Part shown: one piece after another, positions 1 through 8,604 of the stretch | Numbering within the stretch: position 1 is the stretch's first letter | Layout of the letters: every line of letters begins with the position of its first letter | NCBI GenBank assembly: GCA_900767605.1 | Contig: CAAFZT010000063.1 | Location: forward strand, 3,747 to 67,746 | DNA: 64,000 nt | From: Bacilli bacterium | Lineage (GTDB): Bacteria > Bacillota_I > Bacilli_A > RFN20 > CAG-826 | Direction of reading: 5' to 3' | Made by a program: the position numbers and the translations under genes | The notes under the pieces: generated by a model | Told to the model about the DNA's origin: nothing | Database searches by the model: none | Seen by the model: the letters and a program-made list of their open reading frames with translations, nothing else

Positions 1-821
1 CCCCGGTATTTCCCTCCGGTTTTCGGCTTTTCATGTGGGATAATGTCCGGGCCCAAATGAAAGAGGAAACGAACACCTTCGCCAATATCGTAATATTCCA
101 CATCATCAACGTGGTTTATATATTGCAACTTTCCACCATATCGGAAGCCGATATAATTCGGAACATAATTAATAAACCTTTTTCCAACGGGGCAATGATA
201 CGTGCGATCGACATCGTGTTCTTTTATGTTCACTCCACTGATTGGGACAACATAAACCGTGTTTGAATGAAGATTTCGCATATTAATTATCCCTTTTAAA
301 TATTGGATCAATTCTTTAAGAAGCGCAGATTCGACCCTATTTGAATTGCGGATGGAATCTTGAGCAAGTTGGCGCAAATCATCGTAACGCATATGCTGGA
401 TGTGAATACCATCCAAGGGCCCTGAGATTGTAGCTTGTGCTACTGCACACATCGAGTCGGAAAGCGTTACGATAAACTTAAATCCTTTAGTCCTGCCATT
501 TAAATCATCTGCATATTTTTGCAGTTGCTCTTTACCCGGCAGATTAAATCCCCGTTTTGCTTCAATCACAATCGCAAACACGCCATCCTGTTCGATTTCA
601 ATATCAGTAATTCCGTCTTTTTCCCTTTTTTGAAATGCAATATCAACGTTTCCGAGGTCGAACGAAATATTGGGTGGCAAAACCTTTGTAAGAAAAAGTT
701 TCAAATATTCCGAGCACCTTGATAACGAGAAAGCGATAGCCTTCGTTATGTCGTTTTCATGTTTTCCCAATAAACTGAAAACACTTTCGACTTCATCCCC
801 GTATCCCAAAAGTCTTGTCAT
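1..821 (-). CDS. PD-(D/E)XK nuclease-like protein; 3' end lies outside the window (not in the supplied ORF track)
   Basis: Hand translation of the minus strand from ATG 821-819 stays open to position 1 (MTRLLGYGDEVESVFSLLGKHEND...). It has a nuclease-like core 'GITDIEIEQDGVFAIVIEAKRG' followed by 'EQLQKY', the same layout as the product of 954..1982. Confidence 0.5.
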   Translation of the reverse strand, partial: MTRLLGYGDEVESVFSLLGKHENDITKAIAFSLSRCSEYLKLFLTKVLPPNISFDLGNVDIAFQKREKDGITDIEIEQDGVFAIVIEAKRGFNLPGKEQLQKYADDLNGRTKGFKFIVTLSDSMCAVAQATISGPLDGIHIQHMRYDDLRQLAQDSIRNSNRVESALLKELIQYLKGIINMRNLHSNTVYVVPISGVNIKEHDVDRTYHCPVGKRFINYVPNYIGFRYGGKLQYINHVDDVEYYDIGEGVRFLFHLGPDIIPHEKPKTGGKYR

Positions 822-953
822 AACCCCTGCTTTCAAGATTACTTTATCACATTTCGCTTCATTGGGACGTTTTGATTTATTCCATAGAAAATGATCGCGG
901 GAGTCAGCTAGCCAAGCAATTAATAATGATGGACGAGAGATAGGGCAATGCCC

Positions 954-1982
954 TTACAAGTTCCAAATAGAGATAGCTTCCAAATACTCGCGCACGACGG
1001 TGCGAACATTATCGATGAAACCATCAATATCGCTTTGAGAAAACCTTCCTTTTGGAGTACGACCGACTTGCTTATTATGCTTTTCGCCGTAATTGGTCTT
1101 AAAAACGCCGTTGGATTCCATGGAATGAATTTTTTCTCTAAGCACTTCAGTCCCGTTTGGATTTTTTGAGAAGTTCACACCATACATGAGGATTTTCGCG
1201 TTGAACGATCCATTTAAGCAATCCCGACTTCGAATTTCTAAATAGGGCATATAAATCGAGTCCGTCCCTTTGGGCTGAACGCAAAAAACCGTGTATTTGT
1301 ATCTTGTTATCGCCGTCCAGCAAGTCGTCCAATCCTTAAACAAAGGAACAATTTGCTTATCGAAAAACGACTTCCATGCCAAGGTATTATTATCCATCGG
1401 CAATTCCGTGTTGTTCGTGGATTCCCATAACGAACACACGTGCTTCGCGTATTGACGAATAATCATGTGGTCCGAGTCGATAAACCTGGACCAAAAGGAA
1501 CGCAGGCTATCAAATTCAATGATTTGCCACCCCGCCTCTTGGACCCGTTTTCTTTCCGATTCATCCATTGTATCGGTTTTATAAAAAATCCTTTTGACGT
1601 CTTCTTCTTTGAGCTTGCCTTTTTCTCCCGCGATAATCCGACGGATAGAATCATTATATTTTTGAAGTTGATTATGTTCGGATGAGGTGACTTTATCCTC
1701 AATGAATATGGCAACTTCTCGATCACCTATTGTAATAAAGCAAGAAACATCCATCCGATACCATTGAGGTTTAATCCAAACGCTTTGAATGTTTTCGGTT
1801 TCATTGATGCCGGAAATAAATTGGATGAATTTTCTCGATGTAGTTCTTTCGATTTCGTTATCCGAATTCCAAGAATCAAACAGCCATAAAATAAAAGCGT
1901 CTTGGCTTAATTCCTTTGTCGCATAATCAAATAGATTCTTTCCCACGTAGTGCACCCCCTGTTTAATACATTTTAGTAACAT
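954..1982 (-). CDS. PD-(D/E)XK nuclease superfamily-like protein
   Basis: 342-aa ORF with 'YRMDVSCFITIGDREVAIFIEDKVTSSEHNQLQKY' (D ... E-D-K core). The N-terminal 'ELSQDAFILWL' pattern is common in PDDEXK-type proteins. Confidence 0.5.
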   Translation of the reverse strand: MLLKCIKQGVHYVGKNLFDYATKELSQDAFILWLFDSWNSDNEIERTTSRKFIQFISGINETENIQSVWIKPQWYRMDVSCFITIGDREVAIFIEDKVTSSEHNQLQKYNDSIRRIIAGEKGKLKEEDVKRIFYKTDTMDESERKRVQEAGWQIIEFDSLRSFWSRFIDSDHMIIRQYAKHVCSLWESTNNTELPMDNNTLAWKSFFDKQIVPLFKDWTTCWTAITRYKYTVFCVQPKGTDSIYMPYLEIRSRDCLNGSFNAKILMYGVNFSKNPNGTEVLREKIHSMESNGVFKTNYGEKHNKQVGRTPKGRFSQSDIDGFIDNVRTVVREYLEAISIWNL

Positions 1983-2052
1983 TCAAAGGACTGGTGTATA
2001 AACTCATGAGCCGAAATTAGGAATGTACTTAAAATAAGCTAGAGCCAGCCAA

Positions 2053-2754
2053 TCAATGAGCTTGAGACTTCGAGACGAATTTTGCCTGAATCGGCAACAC
2101 AAATGACCCACCAGCCTTTAGTTCGCTGACCGTGCACTTATCGCCGCCTAGATATAAAGCATCATTGATTTTAAAAACTATCCCTGAGGTCTTGGCATAT
2201 TGAGTTGCTTCCCGTTTCATGAAATAGAACGTGGTATCTTTCCCATCGTATTGGAAATTATCAAGGGAAGCATTCTCCGGAGTATTTAACCGCAGGTTAA
2301 ACATGGGGAACAAATACGGATCCGATATACGAACAGGAACGGTATAGGTAGAACCCGCCGCCCCATCCAATACCGTCGTAACCTGGAACGTCACCTGTTT
2401 TTCAAAGGAAGCATAGAGTTTCAAGGTATAATCCTTAATGGTGAAGGAACTTAATGAGACACTCCCCTTATAGAGCTTCGTCCCATTTTGTTCTTTCCAA
2501 CCCGCGAAATAAGTATGGTTTTCCGTATCATCGCTTAGAAAGGGCGTAGAGAAAAAACTATCTTGTTCTAAACCCGTCAGGCTTTTCGTTAAAGTATCGC
2601 CATTATAGAAATTCACCGTATAGAATTTCTCGGTTGGGGTTTGGGTGTTTTTGATGTTAACAACACTCCAAACGGCATAACCAACTACCGCGGATAAGCC
2701 AGCAAAAGCAAGGGAGGATAAAATCACGATGCCAATCTTGCTTCTTCTTTTCAT
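2053..2754 (-). CDS. Small secreted/anchored protein, paralog of 7265..7975, with a Listeria-Bacteroides (Flg_new)-like repeat
   Basis: N-terminal hydrophobic helix ending 'VVGYAVWSVVN'. 'YTVNFYNGDT...FAGWKEQNG...LKLYASF' resembles the Flg_new repeat. ATGA overlap with the upstream gene. Confidence 0.6.
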   Translation of the reverse strand: MKRRSKIGIVILSSLAFAGLSAVVGYAVWSVVNIKNTQTPTEKFYTVNFYNGDTLTKSLTGLEQDSFFSTPFLSDDTENHTYFAGWKEQNGTKLYKGSVSLSSFTIKDYTLKLYASFEKQVTFQVTTVLDGAAGSTYTVPVRISDPYLFPMFNLRLNTPENASLDNFQYDGKDTTFYFMKREATQYAKTSGIVFKINDALYLGGDKCTVSELKAGGSFVLPIQAKFVSKSQAH

Positions 2755-3380
2755 GATGCTTTGCCTCCTAAACGCAGTTCGAGATTGTAGGAATAATGGG
2801 ATAATTCCTTATCCTCCGTTTGATTCCGTAATAACAGGACTAATTGATGATTGAATTCAAAGGATAAATTACTAGTTAAGGCAACGGATGACGTTGGAAC
2901 TCTAAACAACAAATCGAAGGTAATATAGGTGCTATAAGACGCATAGGTTAAGGCGGAGCTTCCCCACTTCAAAGCCCCTAGTACAGTCCCTTCACTCTTA
3001 AATGCTTCCAAATAATTCCCGTCCTGGTTTTTAATCCCAAACGCACCAGAGAAAGTGAATTCATAATTCCCGTTCACGGGATTGGACTTTAGTCCTTCGG
3101 ATAAAGAACTATCCACCACGAATTGATAGGTAAGGCTGGCTTTGGTTTTATCCGTTTCCCCATTAAAGAAATAGGTACCTAGATTGGGGTTATGGGTGTT
3201 GGACATATTCAGCCCATCCACATGATCAAGGAATACGCCATCCGCGTTGCCGTTTAGGTTTCCTGACCCTTGGCTGGACCCTTGCCCAACAATCGCCCAC
3301 GAAGAAAAACCAACCGTGATGCAGGTAAGGCAGCATAACGTGACTACCAAGATTTCCGAGGCAAAGATCTTCTTTTTCAT
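2751..3380 (-). CDS. Small secreted protein with a 'GF(A/S)xW' N-terminal signal, paralog of 7972..8604
   Basis: 'CITVGFSSWAIVGQGSSQGSGNLNGNADGVFL' aligns with 'STGFAAWVIQGDNTNPEGQGTLNGEADYVFL' in 7972..8604. 4-nt overlaps on both sides. Confidence 0.6.
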   Translation of the reverse strand: MKKKIFASEILVVTLCCLTCITVGFSSWAIVGQGSSQGSGNLNGNADGVFLDHVDGLNMSNTHNPNLGTYFFNGETDKTKASLTYQFVVDSSLSEGLKSNPVNGNYEFTFSGAFGIKNQDGNYLEAFKSEGTVLGALKWGSSALTYASYSTYITFDLLFRVPTSSVALTSNLSFEFNHQLVLLLRNQTEDKELSHYSYNLELRLGGKAS

Positions 3381-6300
3381 GCGTTAGCCTCCGGAGGGGT
3401 CACCGTAATCGGATTCATCATCGAATCGCAGAGATAACCATTCGCATCAAAGTAATAGAGGCCTGCGTTTGTGGCTTTGCCGTTTAGTTTTCCTTCTTCC
3501 ACATAATAGGTGCCATCCCTCATGATGGAACCGTCGTCTTTGGCGTAATAGATGTGGGTGCCAGAGACGAAAAGCCCGATGCCAGCTTTAATCGTGCCGA
3601 AAGTGCAATAGCCGTCCGCGGATAATGTCACCGAATCCACGTCAGCAAAGTTCGAACATTCTAGTACTTCCACTCGGCCATCGTTGCCGAAGGTGTAGGC
3701 GCCGGCAGGGAGGAGATTATTTAGGTTGGTATCGATATAGCACGTCGTGTTGCGGTAAGCGTAATGGGAGGGGCCGAAATAGTAATAATAGATTTTCATA
3801 ATGTCACCGGACGGAACATTAAGTTCAACAAGACCTTTATTATTTTGTACCACCCCATTATCTACATAATAGGTGTTGCCATCGCCTCCGCCATCGTATT
3901 TGGCTCCTGTAGCATAGGTAAAGAACACGCCCGTTCCGGTTAATAGACGACCATTTTCGTCGAAACAGTATAAATTCTCAGGCCGCGCTCCTTCCCCATC
4001 AATGTCGTCAATGTAACGCAACCCTTTGATTTTGCCCAGGGTGCGATCGTAATAAAAAGTATATTTGCTGTTGTCTCTATACCAGCCGCCGATAAATGCA
4101 ATAAGTACGGTGCTGTCTCGAATAGCAGTAATGCTCGTATTTGGCTCATAGGAACGAGTTTTATCGCCTTCCTCAAGCCAAAGGAAAATAGAGCCTTGAA
4201 AACCAGTAAACCCACTTTGGTTTGGAAGTTCAATGCCGCTTCCATCAATCGTATATTTTTTAGTTCCAATAACCGTGGTTCCGTCCGCACCCTTAAAAGT
4301 GATTGTGATTTCTTTAGTCCCTTGGCCTTGAACCTTCCAAAAACCATTTTCATATACCAAAGCGGTATTCATGGGACATGTTTCTATAAAGAAAGTCTCA
4401 TTTGAATTCATGAAAATAGCTGTTGTAGTATCGATATTTCTCTCTTCACTATTATTAAAGTACTGCTTCGTCTGAACGCCGGCATCGGTTTTCGGCGTAT
4501 ACGCACCAGGAACATACGTAAATTTTCCCCCGCCATCAGACACCACTTTTGCAACAGCAGGGGAATCCTGATTTTCTATATCTGACTTTGTCATGAAAAT
4601 TCCGCCGTTGCATTGGACATCGCCATTAATTATTAACTTTGCTCCTTGATTTAGTGGCCGTTGTGCTTTTGCAAAATCCGCGCTCGCGGAAGGCGAAACG
4701 TACGGTAGACGAAAAGCATCCGATGTATAGCCATATTTTTGGCCAACCCAATTGCTCAAATCATAAAATATAAGCTTATGTTTTTGCCCAAGATTTAAAA
4801 CGGCCCCTTTATCAACCCGCATCGTGGCGCCAGGAAGAAACTCTAGGTCTTGCTCAACCCCAACCGTGCCATCCTGCACGATGATATCCATGTTATTAAC
4901 AATCGGTAAAACGTAATCGGCGGAGTCAACAGACACTCTAATTTTTACAACAATATGAGAGAGCGTTCCACTGCCAACAACTCTCATTGTCAATCGGTCT
5001 GTTTTAGGATCGTATTTTTTAATTACTTTTGAATTTTGACTCAAGACAAACATTCCGTTTGCACCAATAAAAGTAAAACAAGAAGTTTGCTCCCCAAAAA
5101 GTTTAACAGTTATCGAGACGGATGTCTTTTCCGTGGCCCCGTAGTACACATGCAAATAGCACTCGATATTTTGGATAAAATATTGGTTGAATGGGAATAT
5201 TTTCTTTCCTTTACAGTCGGACGTGGCGGTTCCACCTCTAAAGCAAAAAGCAAAACCTTCGTAGACCGTCGAGCCGCTTCGGGCATGAATGTCTCCTTCC
5301 CCCGAAACAAATCCCCAAGCATATAGATTTGTACCCGATTCTAAATTAATTGTGCTGCCGGCGGCTAAATATATTTCCCCAACTTCATCAACGGGCCGCG
5401 CCGATATTTCCCCACCTTGAGCCATGCGCAATTTTCCAGCGACGCATACAGAAGAACCTTTTTGAACCAATATTGAAACACCGGCCAAAAGGCGCAAACT
5501 ATAATCGCAAGTAAACGTCGTCGATGCGCTTGTCAGCGGGATTTCCTTGGCAAAATCCAAATAATTCGAAGTTGCCGCTCCCGGAATAAATAAATTGACC
5601 CCTTCGGGCATAACGTACTCCGAGCCATCTTTTTTCGGCTCAACCTGGCCGCTTTTATACAACTTAACAAGTTTGGAACTTGTTGTTTTTGCATAATCCA
5701 TTGCTAATTGAAGGTCGTAAAAAGTTTTTTGTTCCACTCCGAATACGGCCGTTTTCTCGTCAACTGCGTTCACCTCAATTTTTGTATTAACTTCTCGAAT
5801 TTGAAAAGAATAGGGATCATTGTCTCCACATGATGCATCGTTTATTTTCCAATCAATAAAAATGTAGCCAGAAATTGCCTTTGGAGATTTTAGGGTTACG
5901 GAGTCGCCCGTTTTGCAATTCACGTCAGAATCTAATGAAACTCGGGAACCGTTGACATAAGCCTCATAAGCGCACAGTGGATTCGACTCAAATCGAACAA
6001 CGGCCGAAACGGAAGGCACTTCCAATTTTAGATTGGAAATTGTAACCGTTGTTTTGGCACTTGTTGAATTACTAGTCAATTTAACAGACACACTTTCTTG
6101 TTTTTGAATATCCTTGTTAAAATTTCCATTAGCCGTAATTTTATTGTTGTCTATTTCCATTGTGCCGCCTTGCAAATCAACAACATAATCAAAAGACAGC
6201 ACCCCAGCCTGGTTGCACATTATTGTAAGAGTAGTGTTGTAATGTTTTGGGCTGCTACCGCAACCACCGCCTTCAGATTGTGTGGCGCCAATAACTTGAG

Positions 6301-6499
6301 AATTACTATAAGTCCACGGGTTGTTAGCTTCCGTTCCAGCATAAGTCAATTTTATTCCGGTTTCGGTTTCGCTCCACCCCGTAACCGTTCCGCTCGTCGC
6401 GGCATAACCAACATCAATAAAGCTAACTCCTATTGCTGTAGTAGCTACAAATAGACTGAAAGCAATGGAAAGCCACTTCCATAATCCTCTACGCTTCAT
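3377..6499 (-). CDS. Giant secreted surface protein with C-terminal YG-type cell-wall/glucan-binding repeats, paralog of 8601..11489
   Basis: N-terminal signal-like helix. Shared central blocks 'FPFNQYF(I/V)QNIE' and 'YVLPI(V/T)NN(M/I)DI'. C-terminal aromatic repeats 'GLYYFDANGY', 'NLYCFDENGRL', 'TYYVDNGVV'. Confidence 0.7.
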   Translation of the reverse strand: MKRRGLWKWLSIAFSLFVATTAIGVSFIDVGYAATSGTVTGWSETETGIKLTYAGTEANNPWTYSNSQVIGATQSEGGGCGSSPKHYNTTLTIMCNQAGVLSFDYVVDLQGGTMEIDNNKITANGNFNKDIQKQESVSVKLTSNSTSAKTTVTISNLKLEVPSVSAVVRFESNPLCAYEAYVNGSRVSLDSDVNCKTGDSVTLKSPKAISGYIFIDWKINDASCGDNDPYSFQIREVNTKIEVNAVDEKTAVFGVEQKTFYDLQLAMDYAKTTSSKLVKLYKSGQVEPKKDGSEYVMPEGVNLFIPGAATSNYLDFAKEIPLTSASTTFTCDYSLRLLAGVSILVQKGSSVCVAGKLRMAQGGEISARPVDEVGEIYLAAGSTINLESGTNLYAWGFVSGEGDIHARSGSTVYEGFAFCFRGGTATSDCKGKKIFPFNQYFIQNIECYLHVYYGATEKTSVSITVKLFGEQTSCFTFIGANGMFVLSQNSKVIKKYDPKTDRLTMRVVGSGTLSHIVVKIRVSVDSADYVLPIVNNMDIIVQDGTVGVEQDLEFLPGATMRVDKGAVLNLGQKHKLIFYDLSNWVGQKYGYTSDAFRLPYVSPSASADFAKAQRPLNQGAKLIINGDVQCNGGIFMTKSDIENQDSPAVAKVVSDGGGKFTYVPGAYTPKTDAGVQTKQYFNNSEERNIDTTTAIFMNSNETFFIETCPMNTALVYENGFWKVQGQGTKEITITFKGADGTTVIGTKKYTIDGSGIELPNQSGFTGFQGSIFLWLEEGDKTRSYEPNTSITAIRDSTVLIAFIGGWYRDNSKYTFYYDRTLGKIKGLRYIDDIDGEGARPENLYCFDENGRLLTGTGVFFTYATGAKYDGGGDGNTYYVDNGVVQNNKGLVELNVPSGDIMKIYYYYFGPSHYAYRNTTCYIDTNLNNLLPAGAYTFGNDGRVEVLECSNFADVDSVTLSADGYCTFGTIKAGIGLFVSGTHIYYAKDDGSIMRDGTYYVEEGKLNGKATNAGLYYFDANGYLCDSMMNPITVTPPEANA

Positions 6500-7268
6500 A
6501 TTCGATACCCCTCTTCTGGTTTCGTCGATTTAGCAATAGATACGTGGCAATCCACACGATTCCTAAAACGACAGATACGATGGACCAGATATGGCCAAAA
6601 TGGAGAACAGCACTTCCGTTATATTCCCGGAACCACTCGATAATGAAACGGAAAATTCCATATCCCACCATATAGATGGGGTAGAGGATTCCTTTGCCTT
6701 TTTGGCCTATAAAAAGCCAAATCAAAGCAAGGAGAAAAGCGAATTGAAATAGAATCTCAATTAAAGGGGTCGGGAAGTGTTTCCCATTATTCATCAAGAT
6801 ACCTTGGCAACACCCATGCACCAAACAATTGAATCTTGCTAGCATCAACGTGCAAGTTAAACAGGGGGTGAAAATATCAAAGGATAAAGGAATCGATACT
6901 TTCTTGGTTTTTGCAAAACCAAGATAAAACAAAGGCATAAAGAAAATGCCACCATAAAGGGATAAATTCCCTGCTTTGGTTGCATCAAACCCCGCTTCTA
7001 ATAAAGCGAAGAATTTAACAAACAGAACCCCAATGATTGTATGAGCAAGGCTAACAAGAATGATTTCCCAGACTCGAATTTGGAGTTTCTTTCGGTAAAG
7101 AAATAACCACACAAAAATAAATCCGGTGGATAGGGTTAATAAAAGGATTAGGATCCACCACGAAGAAAAGAAGGATGCTAGTGGCGAAGCTGAGCCATCG
7201 AAAAGGACGGAATAATTAGAACCCCCCCCCAATCGAATTGGGAGGTTGGTCAGCAAGAGGCCCATCAT
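6489..7268 (-). CDS. Prolipoprotein diacylglyceryl transferase (Lgt) family paralog
   Basis: Polytopic membrane protein with 'ARFNCLVHGCCQG', 'FPTPLIEILFQ' and 'YGIFRFIIEWFRE'. These match the Lgt family pattern (GR.GCF..GCC.G / PTQLYE / YG..RF..E..R). Confidence 0.7.
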   Translation of the reverse strand: MMGLLLTNLPIRLGGGSNYSVLFDGSASPLASFFSSWWILILLLTLSTGFIFVWLFLYRKKLQIRVWEIILVSLAHTIIGVLFVKFFALLEAGFDATKAGNLSLYGGIFFMPLFYLGFAKTKKVSIPLSFDIFTPCLTCTLMLARFNCLVHGCCQGILMNNGKHFPTPLIEILFQFAFLLALIWLFIGQKGKGILYPIYMVGYGIFRFIIEWFREYNGSAVLHFGHIWSIVSVVLGIVWIATYLLLNRRNQKRGIEYEA

Positions 7269-7975
7269 CCTAGAACCTCCACATAATTTGCAGTCAACGC
7301 AAGCGCATTCCCTATATTCGGATCATTCACCATATTCGGATTAAGAATCAATCCATCATTAATTCCGAACTTCGTCCCGTTCTTGTTCTCGCTAGCCCAT
7401 TCTCCGTTGCTTTGTAGTTCTTTATACGTCAAGGTAGCCGTAGACGAGAAGGAGACCAGCTTATAAGCAACCTTATTCACGGTGAATTCATTTTCTATTG
7501 CTAGATTGGACAACAAATAGAGATAGGGATTGCTATCGATGATAACGCTTGTCGAATAATTCACCTGCTTCGGTGACGAACAAGTGACGTTAATCGTTAG
7601 AATCGGATCATAGACCGCATATAACGATAAAGTTTTATTTGCCCTATCAAAGGAAGTTAAATCCACGAGTTTTAAAGACTCTGTATAAATGTTCGTCTTG
7701 TCCGGACCCGCTTCTTTCCAGCCTTTGAAATGCTGCGTTGGCGTATCTTCTATCCACGGCAAGGAAAAGGATGAATCAATTTCTAGGTTCGTATAGGTCG
7801 TATAGATATCGTTTGCAGACGTATAGAATTTAACCGTATAACCCACTTCATTAAAGGAAGCAGACGTATCTTCTTTTTGAATGCTGGCCCACAAGGAAAA
7901 TCCGGTTCCCGTCGCCGCGGCAACAAGCCCCACAGACAAAATTGAGATTATGGCAATCTTGGCATTTCTTTTCAT
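7265..7975 (-). CDS. Small secreted/anchored protein, paralog of 2053..2754, with a Flg_new-like repeat
   Basis: N-terminal helix ending 'GTGFSLWASIQ'. 'YTVKFYTSAND...FKGWKEAG...LSLYAVY'. ATGA overlaps. Confidence 0.6.
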   Translation of the reverse strand: MKRNAKIAIISILSVGLVAAATGTGFSLWASIQKEDTSASFNEVGYTVKFYTSANDIYTTYTNLEIDSSFSLPWIEDTPTQHFKGWKEAGPDKTNIYTESLKLVDLTSFDRANKTLSLYAVYDPILTINVTCSSPKQVNYSTSVIIDSNPYLYLLSNLAIENEFTVNKVAYKLVSFSSTATLTYKELQSNGEWASENKNGTKFGINDGLILNPNMVNDPNIGNALALTANYVEVLG

Positions 7976-8604
7976 GCGTTGCCTCCTAACCCGAAGCTAA
8001 GCCGGAAGGTAAAATCGTTCAGTTTTAAGTTTGTGTCAGACTTCATCGCTTGACGGGCCGCGATAACGATATGGTGAGAAATCGTAAACGATAGGACGGA
8101 CGTGCTTGTGGTCTCTGGCACGACGAAAAGCAAATCCACGGATCCTGTGGATGCATTCGTCGTCACTGCTTCAGTTGTAGTCCCGTAAGTGCAGGATTGA
8201 ACGATTTCATTCGCGTTCCCATAATAGGTTTTCTTGGATTTGCTATATAACCCAAAAGTGCACTTCAAGGTGAATTGATTCAAATCGATCATCGTTTGGT
8301 TCATTTTGGCGCGGCTTAAGTCAAAGGTATACGACAAAGGCGCTTCCTTCACGGCAGCATCCCCCCCATTATCAAAGAAATAGGTGCCGAAGCTCGGTAA
8401 TGCCGTGGTCATTTTGATATCGATTCCATTGGTATCCCCAAGGAAGACATAATCGGCTTCCCCATTTAAGGTTCCCTGTCCCTCAGGATTGGTATTATCC
8501 CCTTGGATGACCCAGGCAGCAAAACCAGTGGAAGCTAAAACGGAGGCAGCAAGAACGCTGACACATAGTAACATGACGTTTTTATTGGGTTTAAAAGGGT
8601 TCAT
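7972..8604 (-). CDS. Small secreted protein with a 'GFAAW' N-terminal signal, paralog of 2751..3380
   Basis: 'ASTGFAAWVIQGDNTNPEGQGTLNGEADYVFL'. Shares the 'GTYFF(D/N)' block and the C-terminal 'L(S/R)(F/L)G(L)GG(N/K)A' end with 2751..3380. Confidence 0.6.
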   Translation of the reverse strand: MNPFKPNKNVMLLCVSVLAASVLASTGFAAWVIQGDNTNPEGQGTLNGEADYVFLGDTNGIDIKMTTALPSFGTYFFDNGGDAAVKEAPLSYTFDLSRAKMNQTMIDLNQFTLKCTFGLYSKSKKTYYGNANEIVQSCTYGTTTEAVTTNASTGSVDLLFVVPETTSTSVLSFTISHHIVIAARQAMKSDTNLKLNDFTFRLSFGLGGNA

